Shown one piece after another: positions 29,262-38,342 of a stretch of DNA of 60,520 bases. The stretch spans positions 1-60,520 of the IMG/VR virus record IMGVR_UViG_3300001683_000034; one strand, written 5' to 3'. Origin of the DNA: a virus (taxonomy: Duplodnaviria; Caudoviricetes). The notes below the pieces were generated by a model. The model saw only the letters and a program-made list of their open reading frames with translations, did no database searches and had not been told where the DNA came from. The position numbers and the translations under genes were made by a program. Every line of letters starts with the position of its first letter. Position 1 is the stretch's first letter.

Positions 29262-31746
29262 CAGATACTGCAGTACCTCTGATAGACCCTACACTTTCAG
29301 AAGTAGGTAATGCTGCTGAAACTACTGCCAAACCTGAAGAAGATGCACTCAAGTCAGCGACGAGGTTGAGCACACCTGTAACAACGCTAGTCGAAGTAAC
29401 AGTCGCAGTGAGAGCCGTATCCACGAGTGTGGCACTTATCGCAGTTCCCTCTGTGACTATGGAGCCCCTCAGATCGGTGACCACGCTAAGAGTACTAGCG
29501 GTAACGCTGGTAGAACTAACAGCTGAGACAAGAGTTGTGTCCACTAGTGTGGCGCTTACTGTGGTTCCCTCTGTAATTATGGAACCTCTAAGGTCGGTGA
29601 CTACACTTACACTACTGCTAGAACTAGCAGAGCCGATAGTGCTGGCAACGACGAAAGCATCTGCTGTTACAGCAGAAGTAGCAACTGTCAGTCCCGTGAT
29701 ATCAGAAACTACAACATAATCTACAACTGTAGCCAGCTGAGTAACTGTAGTTCCTATGGCGGACCCAGAAAACTCTGCTACTCCTGCTTCTGTTAGTGCT
29801 GCTGAAATATCACATATTCCTACAGATTCAGCTATACAGCTGTAATCCATAGTTAGCGTAGATATAGCAACAGTTACGCCTACAGATGCTCCAACAGAAG
29901 AGTAGGAGGCAATAGTGCTACAGGTAGCAGTAGCTTCTCCAGAAGCAGTAGCAGATAGATCGGTAACTACACTAAGAGCGCCGGTAGTAACAGCGGTAGA
30001 GGTTGTAGTTGCAGTAAGAGCTGTGACCACGCTGAGTGCACTAGCGGTAACGCTGGTAGAACTAACAGCTGAGACAAGAGTTGTGTCCACTAGTGTGGCG
30101 CTCGCTGTGGTGCCCTCTGTGATTATGGAGCCTCTGAGGTCGGTAACCACGCTGAGTGCGCTGGTAACAACAGAGGTGGAGGATGTGGTTGCAACGAGGT
30201 CAGTAACCACGCTGAGTGCGCTGGTAACAACAGAGGTGGAGGATGTGGTTGCAACAACATACGTTATAACTTCTATCGCAGAAGATATACTCACAGATCC
30301 GACAGTAGATCCAGTAAGTTGCCTGTCCATAGCTTTAGTGAAGTTAGATGAAATTATTGTCCTACTGATAAGCTCAGCTGCTAGATCAGTAACAACGCTA
30401 ATGCTACTTTCAGTAACAGAGGTAGAGCTAATAGATGCAATAAGATCAGTGACCACCAACGTGGCACTTACCGTGGTTCCCTCAGTTACGATGGAGCCCC
30501 TGAGGTCGGTGACTACGCTGAGCGCACTAGTGACAACAGAGGTAGAAGTTGTGGTTGCGACAAGAGTTGTGTCCACCAGTGTGGCACTTACTGTGGTTCC
30601 CTCTGTGACTATGGAGCCCCTCAGATCGGTGACCACACTGAGTGCACTAGTAGTAACGCTGGTGGAGGATGTGGTTGCAACGAGGTCAGTGACCACGCTG
30701 AGTGCACTGGTGGTGATGCTGGTGGAGGTAGTGGTTGCGATAAGGTCGGTAACCACGCTAAGAGTGCTGGTCGTAACGCTCGTGGAGGTCGTGGTTGCAA
30801 CAAGGTCGGTAACTACACTGAGTGCGCTGGTGGTAACACCTGTAGTAGAGATTGAAGCAGCGAGATCGGTGATAACCGAGATACTACTCTCTGTAACCGC
30901 CGGCAAAGAAATTGAAGATCTTAGATCTGTAACAACAGATATATTGCTTGCAGTAATACCTTCAGCGACTATGGAAGCAGCTAGCTGTCTGGCTACCTGA
31001 ACATCGCTGGAAGCAACCGCATCTGACTGAATCGCCCCTATTACATCTGTAGCTACTCCAGCATTACTAGATACAACACTATCGGAAACTACCGATCCTC
31101 TTACATCTGTAACAACACTAATGACTCCCTGGCTGTCAGCTACACCAATGATAGTACCTGTAGCAAGATGGTCGACACCAGCAGGAGCAGAGACTGCCTT
31201 CTGGAACTGTATAGCTAATGGGCCTACGTTCCAATTGCCATTCTTACCTTCTGCAGTAACTCTGAATTGATAAGTTCTACCCTCTACCGCTTGGTCTATG
31301 CCTATAGACCAAGCGCCCTCGGAATGAGTATTTCTGATCTGTGCAGCTACATCTTGAGTTCCATCTGCATCAGTGTCAAATTGTCTAAGCCCTGCTACAT
31401 AAGCGCCACCACCTCCAGCTGCTGTAGTAGCCCTATTGCCATCACTAACTGTGCCTGCGTCTGTAAGTGCATCTACATTAACTAGATGTATTTCATCGCC
31501 AGCAGTTGCATCGACTGTTACGTAAGTGCCACCATCAGCGTTACGCCATTGAAGCCTATGATTACCATTACCAGGACGTAATCTTTCCCCTTCGTCTTGT
31601 ATATGTGTAAATAGGATAAAATCATCTGAGCCAGTATATATAAAAGTGGCTTGAGTATCTGTAGAACCTGGGCCAACACCTTGCGGAGATATAGAATTAC
31701 TTGCCGTAAAACCAGTAGCTAGTACTGTACCTATCTCGCTGGCCAC
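29233..31746 (-). CDS. Fibre-like virion protein: N-terminal globular domain plus 20-aa S/T/V repeats
   Basis: 837 aa with repeats such as SVVTDLVATTSSTSVVTSAL and SVVTDLRGSIVTEGTTVSAT. GGGGAG RBS. Confidence 0.65.
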   Translation of the reverse strand: MASEIGTVLATGFTASNSISPQGVGPGSTDTQATFIYTGSDDFILFTHIQDEGERLRPGNGNHRLQWRNADGGTYVTVDATAGDEIHLVNVDALTDAGTVSDGNRATTAAGGGGAYVAGLRQFDTDADGTQDVAAQIRNTHSEGAWSIGIDQAVEGRTYQFRVTAEGKNGNWNVGPLAIQFQKAVSAPAGVDHLATGTIIGVADSQGVISVVTDVRGSVVSDSVVSSNAGVATDVIGAIQSDAVASSDVQVARQLAASIVAEGITASNISVVTDLRSSISLPAVTESSISVITDLAASISTTGVTTSALSVVTDLVATTTSTSVTTSTLSVVTDLIATTTSTSITTSALSVVTDLVATTSSTSVTTSALSVVTDLRGSIVTEGTTVSATLVDTTLVATTTSTSVVTSALSVVTDLRGSIVTEGTTVSATLVVTDLIASISSTSVTESSISVVTDLAAELISRTIISSNFTKAMDRQLTGSTVGSVSISSAIEVITYVVATTSSTSVVTSALSVVTDLVATTSSTSVVTSALSVVTDLRGSIITEGTTASATLVDTTLVSAVSSTSVTASALSVVTALTATTTSTAVTTGALSVVTDLSATASGEATATCSTIASYSSVGASVGVTVAISTLTMDYSCIAESVGICDISAALTEAGVAEFSGSAIGTTVTQLATVVDYVVVSDITGLTVATSAVTADAFVVASTIGSASSSSSVSVVTDLRGSIITEGTTVSATLVDTTLVSAVSSTSVTASTLSVVTDLRGSIVTEGTAISATLVDTALTATVTSTSVVTGVLNLVADLSASSSGLAVVSAALPTSESVGSIRGTAVSVGSVSICFY
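29380..31140. repeat. Imperfect 60-bp coding tandem repeats
   Basis: For example, 30136-30195 and 30196-30255 are near-identical (gaggtc[g/a]gtaaccacgctgagtgcgctggtaacaacagaggtggaggatgtggttgcaac). A similar block lies at about 30450-30860. Boundaries are approximate. Confidence 0.85.
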
Positions 31747-31756
31747 TTAACTCCCC

Positions 31757-33298
31757 TTAGTCTAGAGTAACTCCAATAAAAATATTCCCAGTCTCAGATC
31801 CAACATAGTGGCTTGGTCCCTGATTAGTAGATAGGTAGTAACTCACACTAGGTAAATTATTAGCCGGGTCTACCTCATATAACGGATCATTTTCAACTAG
31901 ATAGTAATTCGAGAAAACTACATCTTGACCTGAGTTACATATAAAAGTTCCACTCAATGAGAGATAGAAGTCTGAGCCATCCTCAGTGTCCTCATTTATA
32001 GTTGCTAATCCGGGTAAAAGATAAGTTTTACCGTTATAGTAGTCTGTTACTGCTATTCTTAAACCATCAGCCTGAAGTTGGTTAAGGTCTCCATTCACAT
32101 CTAACTGCGAATTTATACTTCTCTCATTAGTAAATAACTTTTCTCTATACACAGTATTCCCATTACCATCCACACCAAATGGTCTACCGTAGAAATCATA
32201 TATAGTTGATTGGCCGACTATACTCGCACTGACTGTATGATCTATTGGGCCTGAGGGGTCCTGGCTTGTTATATCATATGGGTAGCCTAAATCTCGGCTC
32301 GCTAGACTACAATAGTTACGATGAAATGCTGCACTATATGATCCCGCATCTATATATTCGCTGCCTCTACTTATACCAGTGTTATTAAGCCTAAAACAAT
32401 GAGCAAGAGCTGTTTGAGGTACACCACCAGGAGACCCACCAAATGCCTCGTTTTTGCCAGCCTCTAACTGAGCATAAGTACGAACAGAATCCATGCCTGA
32501 TTTCCAGAATCTATGCTCGCAGTGTCCTCCAGCTATACTTTTTGTGGTCCGGGTAGCAGAGCTAGAGTGTTGTTGAGTACCAAGGAAGATGGAGGTCTTG
32601 CTATCAGCGAGAGGAGTACCATTAAGATCTTGCACATCCCAAAATAATAAGAGTGGTCCAACTTCTGGATCAGTATCACCATGATACATCCTGAAATAGC
32701 GTTCATTTCCTGGAGCGTTATACGTCTCCTGTGGTCCCCAAAATCCATTAGTGATATTATCTGGTGTTACTCCTGCAGCATCAGTTCCATCAGAGTTTTT
32801 ACCTAATCTGCCAAGAAGCCATTCCCACTGCGTATTACCGCTATTCCATCTAAGGATCCAATGATACCACTCATCATCAAAGATCCAATCTGTAGGAAAC
32901 AGTGCAGATTCTAATGTAATCTCTCCTGATGAAGTGTCAGAATCGTTACTGCTACGAACATAATAAAATTTATTTTTTAGGGAAAGCTTATTGCTCTTAA
33001 CTTTAACTCTAACCTGCAGGCTCTTTTTAGCAGTACCACCTGTTCCTTTTATTCTTATATCTGCTAAGAATGAAGCCTGCCCCTGATTAAGATGAGAAAG
33101 ATAGAAAAACATTTCTACACATGTAATACCTTCTTTATCAACCCACATAGCCTCTACTTCAGTGCTATTTAGCGGGAAAAATCCCTGAGCGACATGATCA
33201 TGATTGAATATGCCGACATATGAATTCGCACCTTGGTCAACAGCCGTATGGTCTACATCTCCAAGATGGTATGGGGTGTATACTCCGGTGCCTGGCAT
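31757..33298 (-). CDS. Putative receptor-binding protein with a concanavalin A/LamG-like lectin domain
   Basis: ITCVEMFFYL..DDEWYHWILRWNS..IFLG..GGHCEHRFWKS..RTYAQL resembles the LamG_3 pattern (W-x-H, G-x-I-D-E-x-R-I-W). Confidence 0.55.
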   Translation of the reverse strand: MPGTGVYTPYHLGDVDHTAVDQGANSYVGIFNHDHVAQGFFPLNSTEVEAMWVDKEGITCVEMFFYLSHLNQGQASFLADIRIKGTGGTAKKSLQVRVKVKSNKLSLKNKFYYVRSSNDSDTSSGEITLESALFPTDWIFDDEWYHWILRWNSGNTQWEWLLGRLGKNSDGTDAAGVTPDNITNGFWGPQETYNAPGNERYFRMYHGDTDPEVGPLLLFWDVQDLNGTPLADSKTSIFLGTQQHSSSATRTTKSIAGGHCEHRFWKSGMDSVRTYAQLEAGKNEAFGGSPGGVPQTALAHCFRLNNTGISRGSEYIDAGSYSAAFHRNYCSLASRDLGYPYDITSQDPSGPIDHTVSASIVGQSTIYDFYGRPFGVDGNGNTVYREKLFTNERSINSQLDVNGDLNQLQADGLRIAVTDYYNGKTYLLPGLATINEDTEDGSDFYLSLSGTFICNSGQDVVFSNYYLVENDPLYEVDPANNLPSVSYYLSTNQGPSHYVGSETGNIFIGVTLD

Positions 33299-33954
33299 TA
33301 TGAGAACCTATCCGTATCGATATTAGTTCTTCTGCTATTCTTACGTATATTGATAGTTGTTCCATTCCCATAGGGATTAGATGCTAATGCAGAAGTAGAG
33401 TTAGATGCCGATGCTACACTGTTCGCATTAGCCCAGAATTCGCATACTATCGTTACTGCCCCAGTGATAGTGCATCCGGCGGTAAAATCCAATCTCATTC
33501 TAGTCATAGTCGCCAGAACTCCCTGAATTGTTTGATCTTTAAGCGGGAAAATATTTATTCCCCCATCTAGTCCTATCTTAACCACATCATCTACACCGAG
33601 GAGATAGGTATCATTCCATGTGACGCCGGTCATTATATCTTCATCGTCACCTAGATCCTCTCCAGTAGGACTGAAATCATTTGCATGTTCGACATATCCG
33701 TTAATGTCAAATTTGCCGTCTGCTGTTGGTGTATCTATCGGGTTATATATTCTGTAAAACGCATCCTCATAAAAGTCTACGGGATGGGCAGAAAAATAAC
33801 CTGTATATGGCAAATCAATACCACTGAATAGAGTAAGATTTTCACTACTCACAGGTACTTCAGAAGACATATATGCGCCATTATTCCTGGGCATACCTAT
33901 ATGAGAGTTAGGAGTTCCCATGACAGAAATAGAAGTTAATACTCTTCTGGCCAT
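33298..33954 (-). CDS. Hypothetical virion protein
   Basis: 218-aa ORF with GGAG RBS, stop overlapping the next start. Confidence 0.5.
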   Translation of the reverse strand: MARRVLTSISVMGTPNSHIGMPRNNGAYMSSEVPVSSENLTLFSGIDLPYTGYFSAHPVDFYEDAFYRIYNPIDTPTADGKFDINGYVEHANDFSPTGEDLGDDEDIMTGVTWNDTYLLGVDDVVKIGLDGGINIFPLKDQTIQGVLATMTRMRLDFTAGCTITGAVTIVCEFWANANSVASASNSTSALASNPYGNGTTINIRKNSRRTNIDTDRFS

Positions 33955-33963
33955 AGTACTCTC

Positions 33964-34542
33964 CTATAATATGTAGAATGCTTGCCCACTAAGAGAAGCA
34001 GTATGTATCTGGCTTATTGTTAGCGTATTTGCTGCTCCTGTATCGTAGGCTTCTATGAAAGCAATTCTTCCATCTAGATTTCCGCCATGAAATAGGACTG
34101 TTCTATCGACCCATGTACTATTCGTAGAACCTAGATCACTACATATCACAGTAGTTAAAGAGCCTGCGGCAGTCGTAGTAAAACTCTTTGCAAGAGTTGG
34201 GAAGTCCATATCCATTTGGTGCTGGGCGCTGGCGTGACCATAGGTTTCTATAGCTATATGGCTATCCATAAATACTTTTGTGGCGGTAGCATCTTCTATT
34301 TTTAGATCTATATGAGCACCCGACATTTCAGCAGCGGTCAGACTTAACTTATACACTCCGACAAAACTATTGTGCCATTTAGTAGGCTGATTAGTTGTAT
34401 CAGCTGGAGCTCCACCGTTTATTGCTATTAGTGTATCTCCGGACGGCAAACTAGTTACATGATAGAGTTCATCTCCAGCTGTATTATATACAGGAATGAA
34501 TATATCTGTAGCTACACCATATTTTCTCTGAATAGGATTCAT
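33964..34542 (-). CDS. Hypothetical virion protein (Thr/Ala-rich, fibre-associated)
   Basis: 192 aa, GVYKLSLTAAEM motif, ATGA coupling to the upstream gene. Confidence 0.5.
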   Translation of the reverse strand: MNPIQRKYGVATDIFIPVYNTAGDELYHVTSLPSGDTLIAINGGAPADTTNQPTKWHNSFVGVYKLSLTAAEMSGAHIDLKIEDATATKVFMDSHIAIETYGHASAQHQMDMDFPTLAKSFTTTAAGSLTTVICSDLGSTNSTWVDRTVLFHGGNLDGRIAFIEAYDTGAANTLTISQIHTASLSGQAFYIL

Positions 34543-35192
34543 CCTACTCTCCTAACTCTACATCTTGCGCCTTGCCAATCAAAAAAGGATGCCGTGATAG
34601 AAGACCATTCTTCATCATCTCTATCCACTGATCCTGAACCACTATGCGACCCTTTGCCGGAAGTGATCTTATACCCAGCCCACAGGGAACATGCATTTCC
34701 TACTGTAGTCAACTGAGTATACCCACTTGGAGTAGTCCAGTCAGGGTTATTTGTGTGACAGGCGGCCATTACTATTAGCTTTCCAGAAAGCTCAGGAGAG
34801 ATAGATGAAAAAGTGATCGTCTCACCTGAACCACTTCCGCTATTTGAGTTAGACTTATCCGCCACTAATTTAGACCTAGTTCCAGAAAACTCCGACACAA
34901 ATACATTATATCTTTCTCTGTCGCCAAAACTAACCGTGAATGATGTAGATTCAGTACCATCTGCGACTTTATACCACAGCACAGATCTGGCATCTGACCC
35001 ATTTGAAACAGTTGTAATCTCTGTCCATGATCCATTCGACTTGCTCGATGGATCATTACTAGAACTTAATCTACCCATTAGTCCTAGAACTAACAGATTG
35101 CCTTTAGTAGGAGAAGAGGATAGGCTTACTGTTATAGTTTTTGTTCCGCTGCCTGAAGTGGAACCAGACTGGACATGGGCTATAGTAGCCAT
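34539..35192 (-). CDS. Hypothetical Ser/Gly-rich beta-sandwich virion protein
   Basis: 217 aa with two internally similar halves (GNLLVLGL..GSWTEI; GKLIVMAA..SGYTQL). Confidence 0.5.
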   Translation of the reverse strand: MATIAHVQSGSTSGSGTKTITVSLSSSPTKGNLLVLGLMGRLSSSNDPSSKSNGSWTEITTVSNGSDARSVLWYKVADGTESTSFTVSFGDRERYNVFVSEFSGTRSKLVADKSNSNSGSGSGETITFSSISPELSGKLIVMAACHTNNPDWTTPSGYTQLTTVGNACSLWAGYKITSGKGSHSGSGSVDRDDEEWSSITASFFDWQGARCRVRRVG

Positions 35193-35515
35193 CAGTAGGT
35201 TAATTCTATATCTATTATTCCCGCCTGATCAGAACTACTTATGACTATATCCATAATTCCCCCAGTGGCAAAATCCAGATCAACAGAATGATCTACTACC
35301 GAAGTAGTTATGTCTATCGCGGTGGCGTACATATTCACCTTATTCTTCTGCATCATTATCGTGGAGTCTGTACCCCCAACTCTGGACACTCTGATACTGC
35401 TAATGGATATACCATCAAGTACCGAAGTAACCACCGACGCTGGTAAAGAAAGCGGCGGATCAGTTACTGGATCATTCGACCCAGTAGGATCCGCCACAAA
35501 GGTCATTATTGCCAC
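35192..35515 (-). CDS. Hypothetical protein
   Basis: 107-aa ORF in the operon, coupled to the downstream gene. Confidence 0.45.
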   Translation of the reverse strand: MAIMTFVADPTGSNDPVTDPPLSLPASVVTSVLDGISISSIRVSRVGGTDSTIMMQKNKVNMYATAIDITTSVVDHSVDLDFATGGIMDIVISSSDQAGIIDIELTY

Positions 35516-35534
35516 GATTAACCTAAACTAGTTG

Positions 35535-35984
35535 TTACTGCTCTTCTATTGTCAAGTTACCAGCTGTTATTCTAACTGAATCCCCAACTGCTACGCTCTT
35601 TTCAGTGTCAAAAACACCGTAATAATATATCTCTCCAGTATGAGTAGCATTAGTTTCCATGCCTGTTGCAGTGCTAATAGTAAATCCAGTTACAGTACCC
35701 CAATCACTAGACACAGATGTACCAAAGTTAATTTCAGTTCCAGCCGAACTCATTACACCAGTGACAGCAGCAGCCATATTAGCTGTACTCAAAAGCTGTC
35801 TTGAATACCCCACGCCGGCAGCAACCTCATGGTTCTTCAATGTTACAGCATTGAGATCACTAAAAGTAGGATTACCAGTGATTAAACCTATATATAGCGG
35901 TCTATCTAGGGCACCTCCATTTCTGAATAAATGCTCCAGAATTAGATTTTCAAAATGATCAGTTTTTGCGCCAACAGTTGCCAT
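35535..35984 (-). CDS. Minor virion/tail-fibre-associated protein
   Basis: ENLILEHLFR..LYIGL..EV..GYSRQ..INF..SDWGTVTGF..KSVAVGDSVRITAGNLTI, a pattern common in small phage structural proteins. Confidence 0.6.
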   Translation of the reverse strand: MATVGAKTDHFENLILEHLFRNGGALDRPLYIGLITGNPTFSDLNAVTLKNHEVAAGVGYSRQLLSTANMAAAVTGVMSSAGTEINFGTSVSSDWGTVTGFTISTATGMETNATHTGEIYYYGVFDTEKSVAVGDSVRITAGNLTIEEQ

Positions 35985-36193
35985 TACTTAGACTCCTTTT
36001 TTGCTTCTTTGCCGAAGTCTGCTAAGCCTTGGCCTCCGAGGTAAGCAATTGTAAGATACAATGTATCTTTCATAGCTTCTTCCGATAAACCAAAAAGCTT
36101 GCCTGTTACGATAAGGATCGCGGCCAATACAAAGGCCTGCGATTTCTTAGATTCTGCTCCACTAAACGGAAGCAACGAAGTTAAAAATTTCAT
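35984..36193 (-). CDS. Putative holin
   Basis: 69 aa with two hydrophobic segments (AFVLAAILIVTG; TLYLTIAYLGGQGLAD) and a charged C-terminus (KEAKKESK). Confidence 0.55.
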   Translation of the reverse strand: MKFLTSLLPFSGAESKKSQAFVLAAILIVTGKLFGLSEEAMKDTLYLTIAYLGGQGLADFGKEAKKESK

Positions 36194-36495
36194 AGATTAG
36201 TCCCCTTCAAAGAGATCTCGAGCTCTTCTTTTCTTTTTCTAGTATACCAGCCTGCTAAAATGCCTACCACCCCAACAACTAGAGTACCCCACTGAGCGAG
36301 AAATGGTGCAGCCAGTGGGGCTATTTTTTCAGCACTTGCCAGTTCTCCGGTTTCGACTACTACAGCGTCTGTTCCCTCGCCAACGATATCTAGCGGCCTA
36401 ACAAATGCATCTGCTTCAAGTTCCGATGCTGGCTGGCCAAAAATTGCACAACCGGATATTGCTAAACATAACAAAGAGATACTAACTATTTTCAT
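36190..36495 (-). CDS. Lipoprotein with a C-terminal TM helix (u-spanin-like)
   Basis: Start reassigned to the ATG at 36495 after a GAGGAGG RBS. Signal plus lipobox MKIVSISLLCLAISGC, and C-terminal TM WGTLVVGVVGILAGWY followed by RKRK. Confidence 0.55.
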   Translation of the reverse strand: MKIVSISLLCLAISGCAIFGQPASELEADAFVRPLDIVGEGTDAVVVETGELASAEKIAPLAAPFLAQWGTLVVGVVGILAGWYTRKRKEELEISLKGTNL

Positions 36496-36620
36496 TCTTC
36501 CTCCTCGTAAGGCTCGTACTGTGGATAAATCCAATGTATCCAATGGTTCATTATCACTCTAGGATTATTGCACCCTATTAAGCAGATTATACTTAATCCT
36601 AGTATAGATAGAAACATCAT
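36492..36620 (-). CDS. Small lipoprotein (o-spanin-like), absent from the ORF track
   Basis: MMFLSILGLSIICLIGCNNPRVIMNHWIHWIYPQYEPYEEEE* (42 aa), LIGC lipobox. TAATG overlap upstream and ATGA overlap downstream fill the gap exactly. Confidence 0.6.
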   Translation of the reverse strand: MMFLSILGLSIICLIGCNNPRVIMNHWIHWIYPQYEPYEEEE

Positions 36621-36955
36621 TACTGAGACTTTCTTACTTCCAGAGAAGATAACTTTCTGCCTAATTCATTGAGCGAAACTCTCATGTTGTCTATTTCTTT
36701 CTGTATATTCTTTATATCACCCTTTAGTAACAACTCCAAGGCCTCAGGATGCCCATCATTTACATGATTTTGAAATCTTTCTTCAAGTTTTTGTAAATCA
36801 TTTAACATAATTTCCTGGTTAATCCTTATTGGAGCAATCTGTCTCTGTAGACTTAACTCCTGCTGGTTAAGCAGCCCCCACATACCTCCGATTAAAGCTA
36901 TTACGGCAGCCAGGCTACCGAAAGCTCTGGCCCCTGATTCTCCATTATTAGCCAC
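36620..36955 (-). CDS. Membrane-anchored coiled-coil protein (i-spanin-like)
   Basis: N-terminal TM (FGSLAAVIALIGGMWGLL) followed by a heptad-like helical region. Confidence 0.5.
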   Translation of the reverse strand: MANNGESGARAFGSLAAVIALIGGMWGLLNQQELSLQRQIAPIRINQEIMLNDLQKLEERFQNHVNDGHPEALELLLKGDIKNIQKEIDNMRVSLNELGRKLSSLEVRKSQ

Positions 36956-36959
36956 GCTC

Positions 36960-38333
36960 CTACTCCGTATCTATAATACCGGGTATTAAGCTGTTTCTTT
37001 CTCTGGCGGTATTCGCTGCCGGTATTGGGTCAGATACATAGAGGTTCCTTTGTGGATTAAACAGGAAGGGTCCCCTGACCTGTCTAGATCCACGTTTGAC
37101 TACCGACCCTACATCTCTCGTGGCGGATCTTGGCCTGTTCATATAGCCGACCAGGGCCGCCATAGCGGTGTTCATTCTTGTTTGTAGCGCCTGCTCTTTC
37201 TGAGTAGATATAGCTGCACCAGCAGGGAAGTATGATATTCTAAAATCACCCAGTTCTTTACTGGTTCCGGCGGCTAGATCCTTGGTCCCTCTTATATCAT
37301 GAAGTATATCCATTGCAGTCTTGCATTTTATGTATTCGCGGAATGGTCTATTCTTGGAGAATTTAGTTATATTTATATTTGCGCCTAAGTTCTCATATAC
37401 ATCTATTGTATTAGCCCATGACCTGAGTCCTATATAATCATCCAGGTATGTATTGGGAATCATCGTTCCCAGTTCATTCTTAACTGCTCTGATTCCAACT
37501 AGATTCGGATAGGGCTCAGTATGGAACGTAATCTTTTGCGCAGATCCTAGGGTATTGCCACCCGTATCTGCTACGGCTGCAGCGATATGTACCTCAACGG
37601 TCATATTATTAGGCCAGTCTCTAGCAGCATCTGGCGTAATAGTTATTACCTTACCTGCTGTACCTAGAGTGCCTATCGATAGATCTGAATAGTTGCCACC
37701 GGTATTATTAGCATAGAATACACTACCGGTTGCCAGGAGGTGTTCTTCATCCAGAAAAGCATACTGTACCACCTGTACATTATCATTAGTTACAGTAGTT
37801 GCATCAATCGCAGCTGAAAAAGTCAGCTTTATCGTGTCCGTAGTGATGTCGACGCCAAAGGCATGATTGGTAGGAAGACTAGACGCCAATGTGAGAGAAG
37901 TCGAAGTTAAGTTAACATCTCCTGGAAGATTAAGGTCTCCACCAAGTGTAATCTCCTCTGCGGTTCTAGCAACAGAGGTTGTATCTAACTGGCTTCCTGT
38001 TTGAAAGGAAAGGACGCTAGTCGTGACTAGACTATGGCTAGTGTCGGATTTTATAGCCCCAGTAGAAAGAGCCAGATCGCTTCCTATTAAAGTCAGCCTA
38101 TATATGGAGTTAGATATAAGTAAGGTATATGGAACTATTGTTATTTTAGTGCCGGAAACACTAAGAGTAGCATCAACAACAGTATCCAGAGCCACAGATC
38201 TAAGTACCACTGTAGCCCCGGACACTGAAGTAGCATCTAAGCTAGTGTTAAAAGTTACCTCTAATTTTTGATTGAGGTATACGTTGGTAGCACCATCTGC
38301 AGGGGTAGACGCGGAAAAGACTGGTGCTGCCAC
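36960..38333 (-). CDS. Ig-like (Big_5/SbsA-type) domain protein with a putative head-tail adaptor C-terminus
   Basis: STPADGATNV..VTFNTSLDATSV..YRLTL..SFQT occurs twice in similar form. C-terminal EYIKCKTAMDIL..SKELGDFRISY is adaptor-like. Confidence 0.65.
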   Translation of the reverse strand: MAAPVFSASTPADGATNVYLNQKLEVTFNTSLDATSVSGATVVLRSVALDTVVDATLSVSGTKITIVPYTLLISNSIYRLTLIGSDLALSTGAIKSDTSHSLVTTSVLSFQTGSQLDTTSVARTAEEITLGGDLNLPGDVNLTSTSLTLASSLPTNHAFGVDITTDTIKLTFSAAIDATTVTNDNVQVVQYAFLDEEHLLATGSVFYANNTGGNYSDLSIGTLGTAGKVITITPDAARDWPNNMTVEVHIAAAVADTGGNTLGSAQKITFHTEPYPNLVGIRAVKNELGTMIPNTYLDDYIGLRSWANTIDVYENLGANINITKFSKNRPFREYIKCKTAMDILHDIRGTKDLAAGTSKELGDFRISYFPAGAAISTQKEQALQTRMNTAMAALVGYMNRPRSATRDVGSVVKRGSRQVRGPFLFNPQRNLYVSDPIPAANTARERNSLIPGIIDTE

Positions 38334-38342
38334 AACATACCC

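Noticed and set aside
30120-30860. 60-bp repeats as a CRISPR array
   Set aside because: They are contiguous in-frame coding repeats with no unique spacers.
29366-31000. Long plus-strand ORFs 29366..29719 and 29915..31000
   Set aside because: Antisense shadows of the S/T/V repeat gene. Its codon bias removes stops on the opposite strand.
36496-36543. Track start at 36543 for the 117-aa ORF
   Set aside because: The ATG at 36495 has a GAGGAGG RBS and gives a proper lipoprotein signal. The upstream region belongs to the 42-aa ORF.
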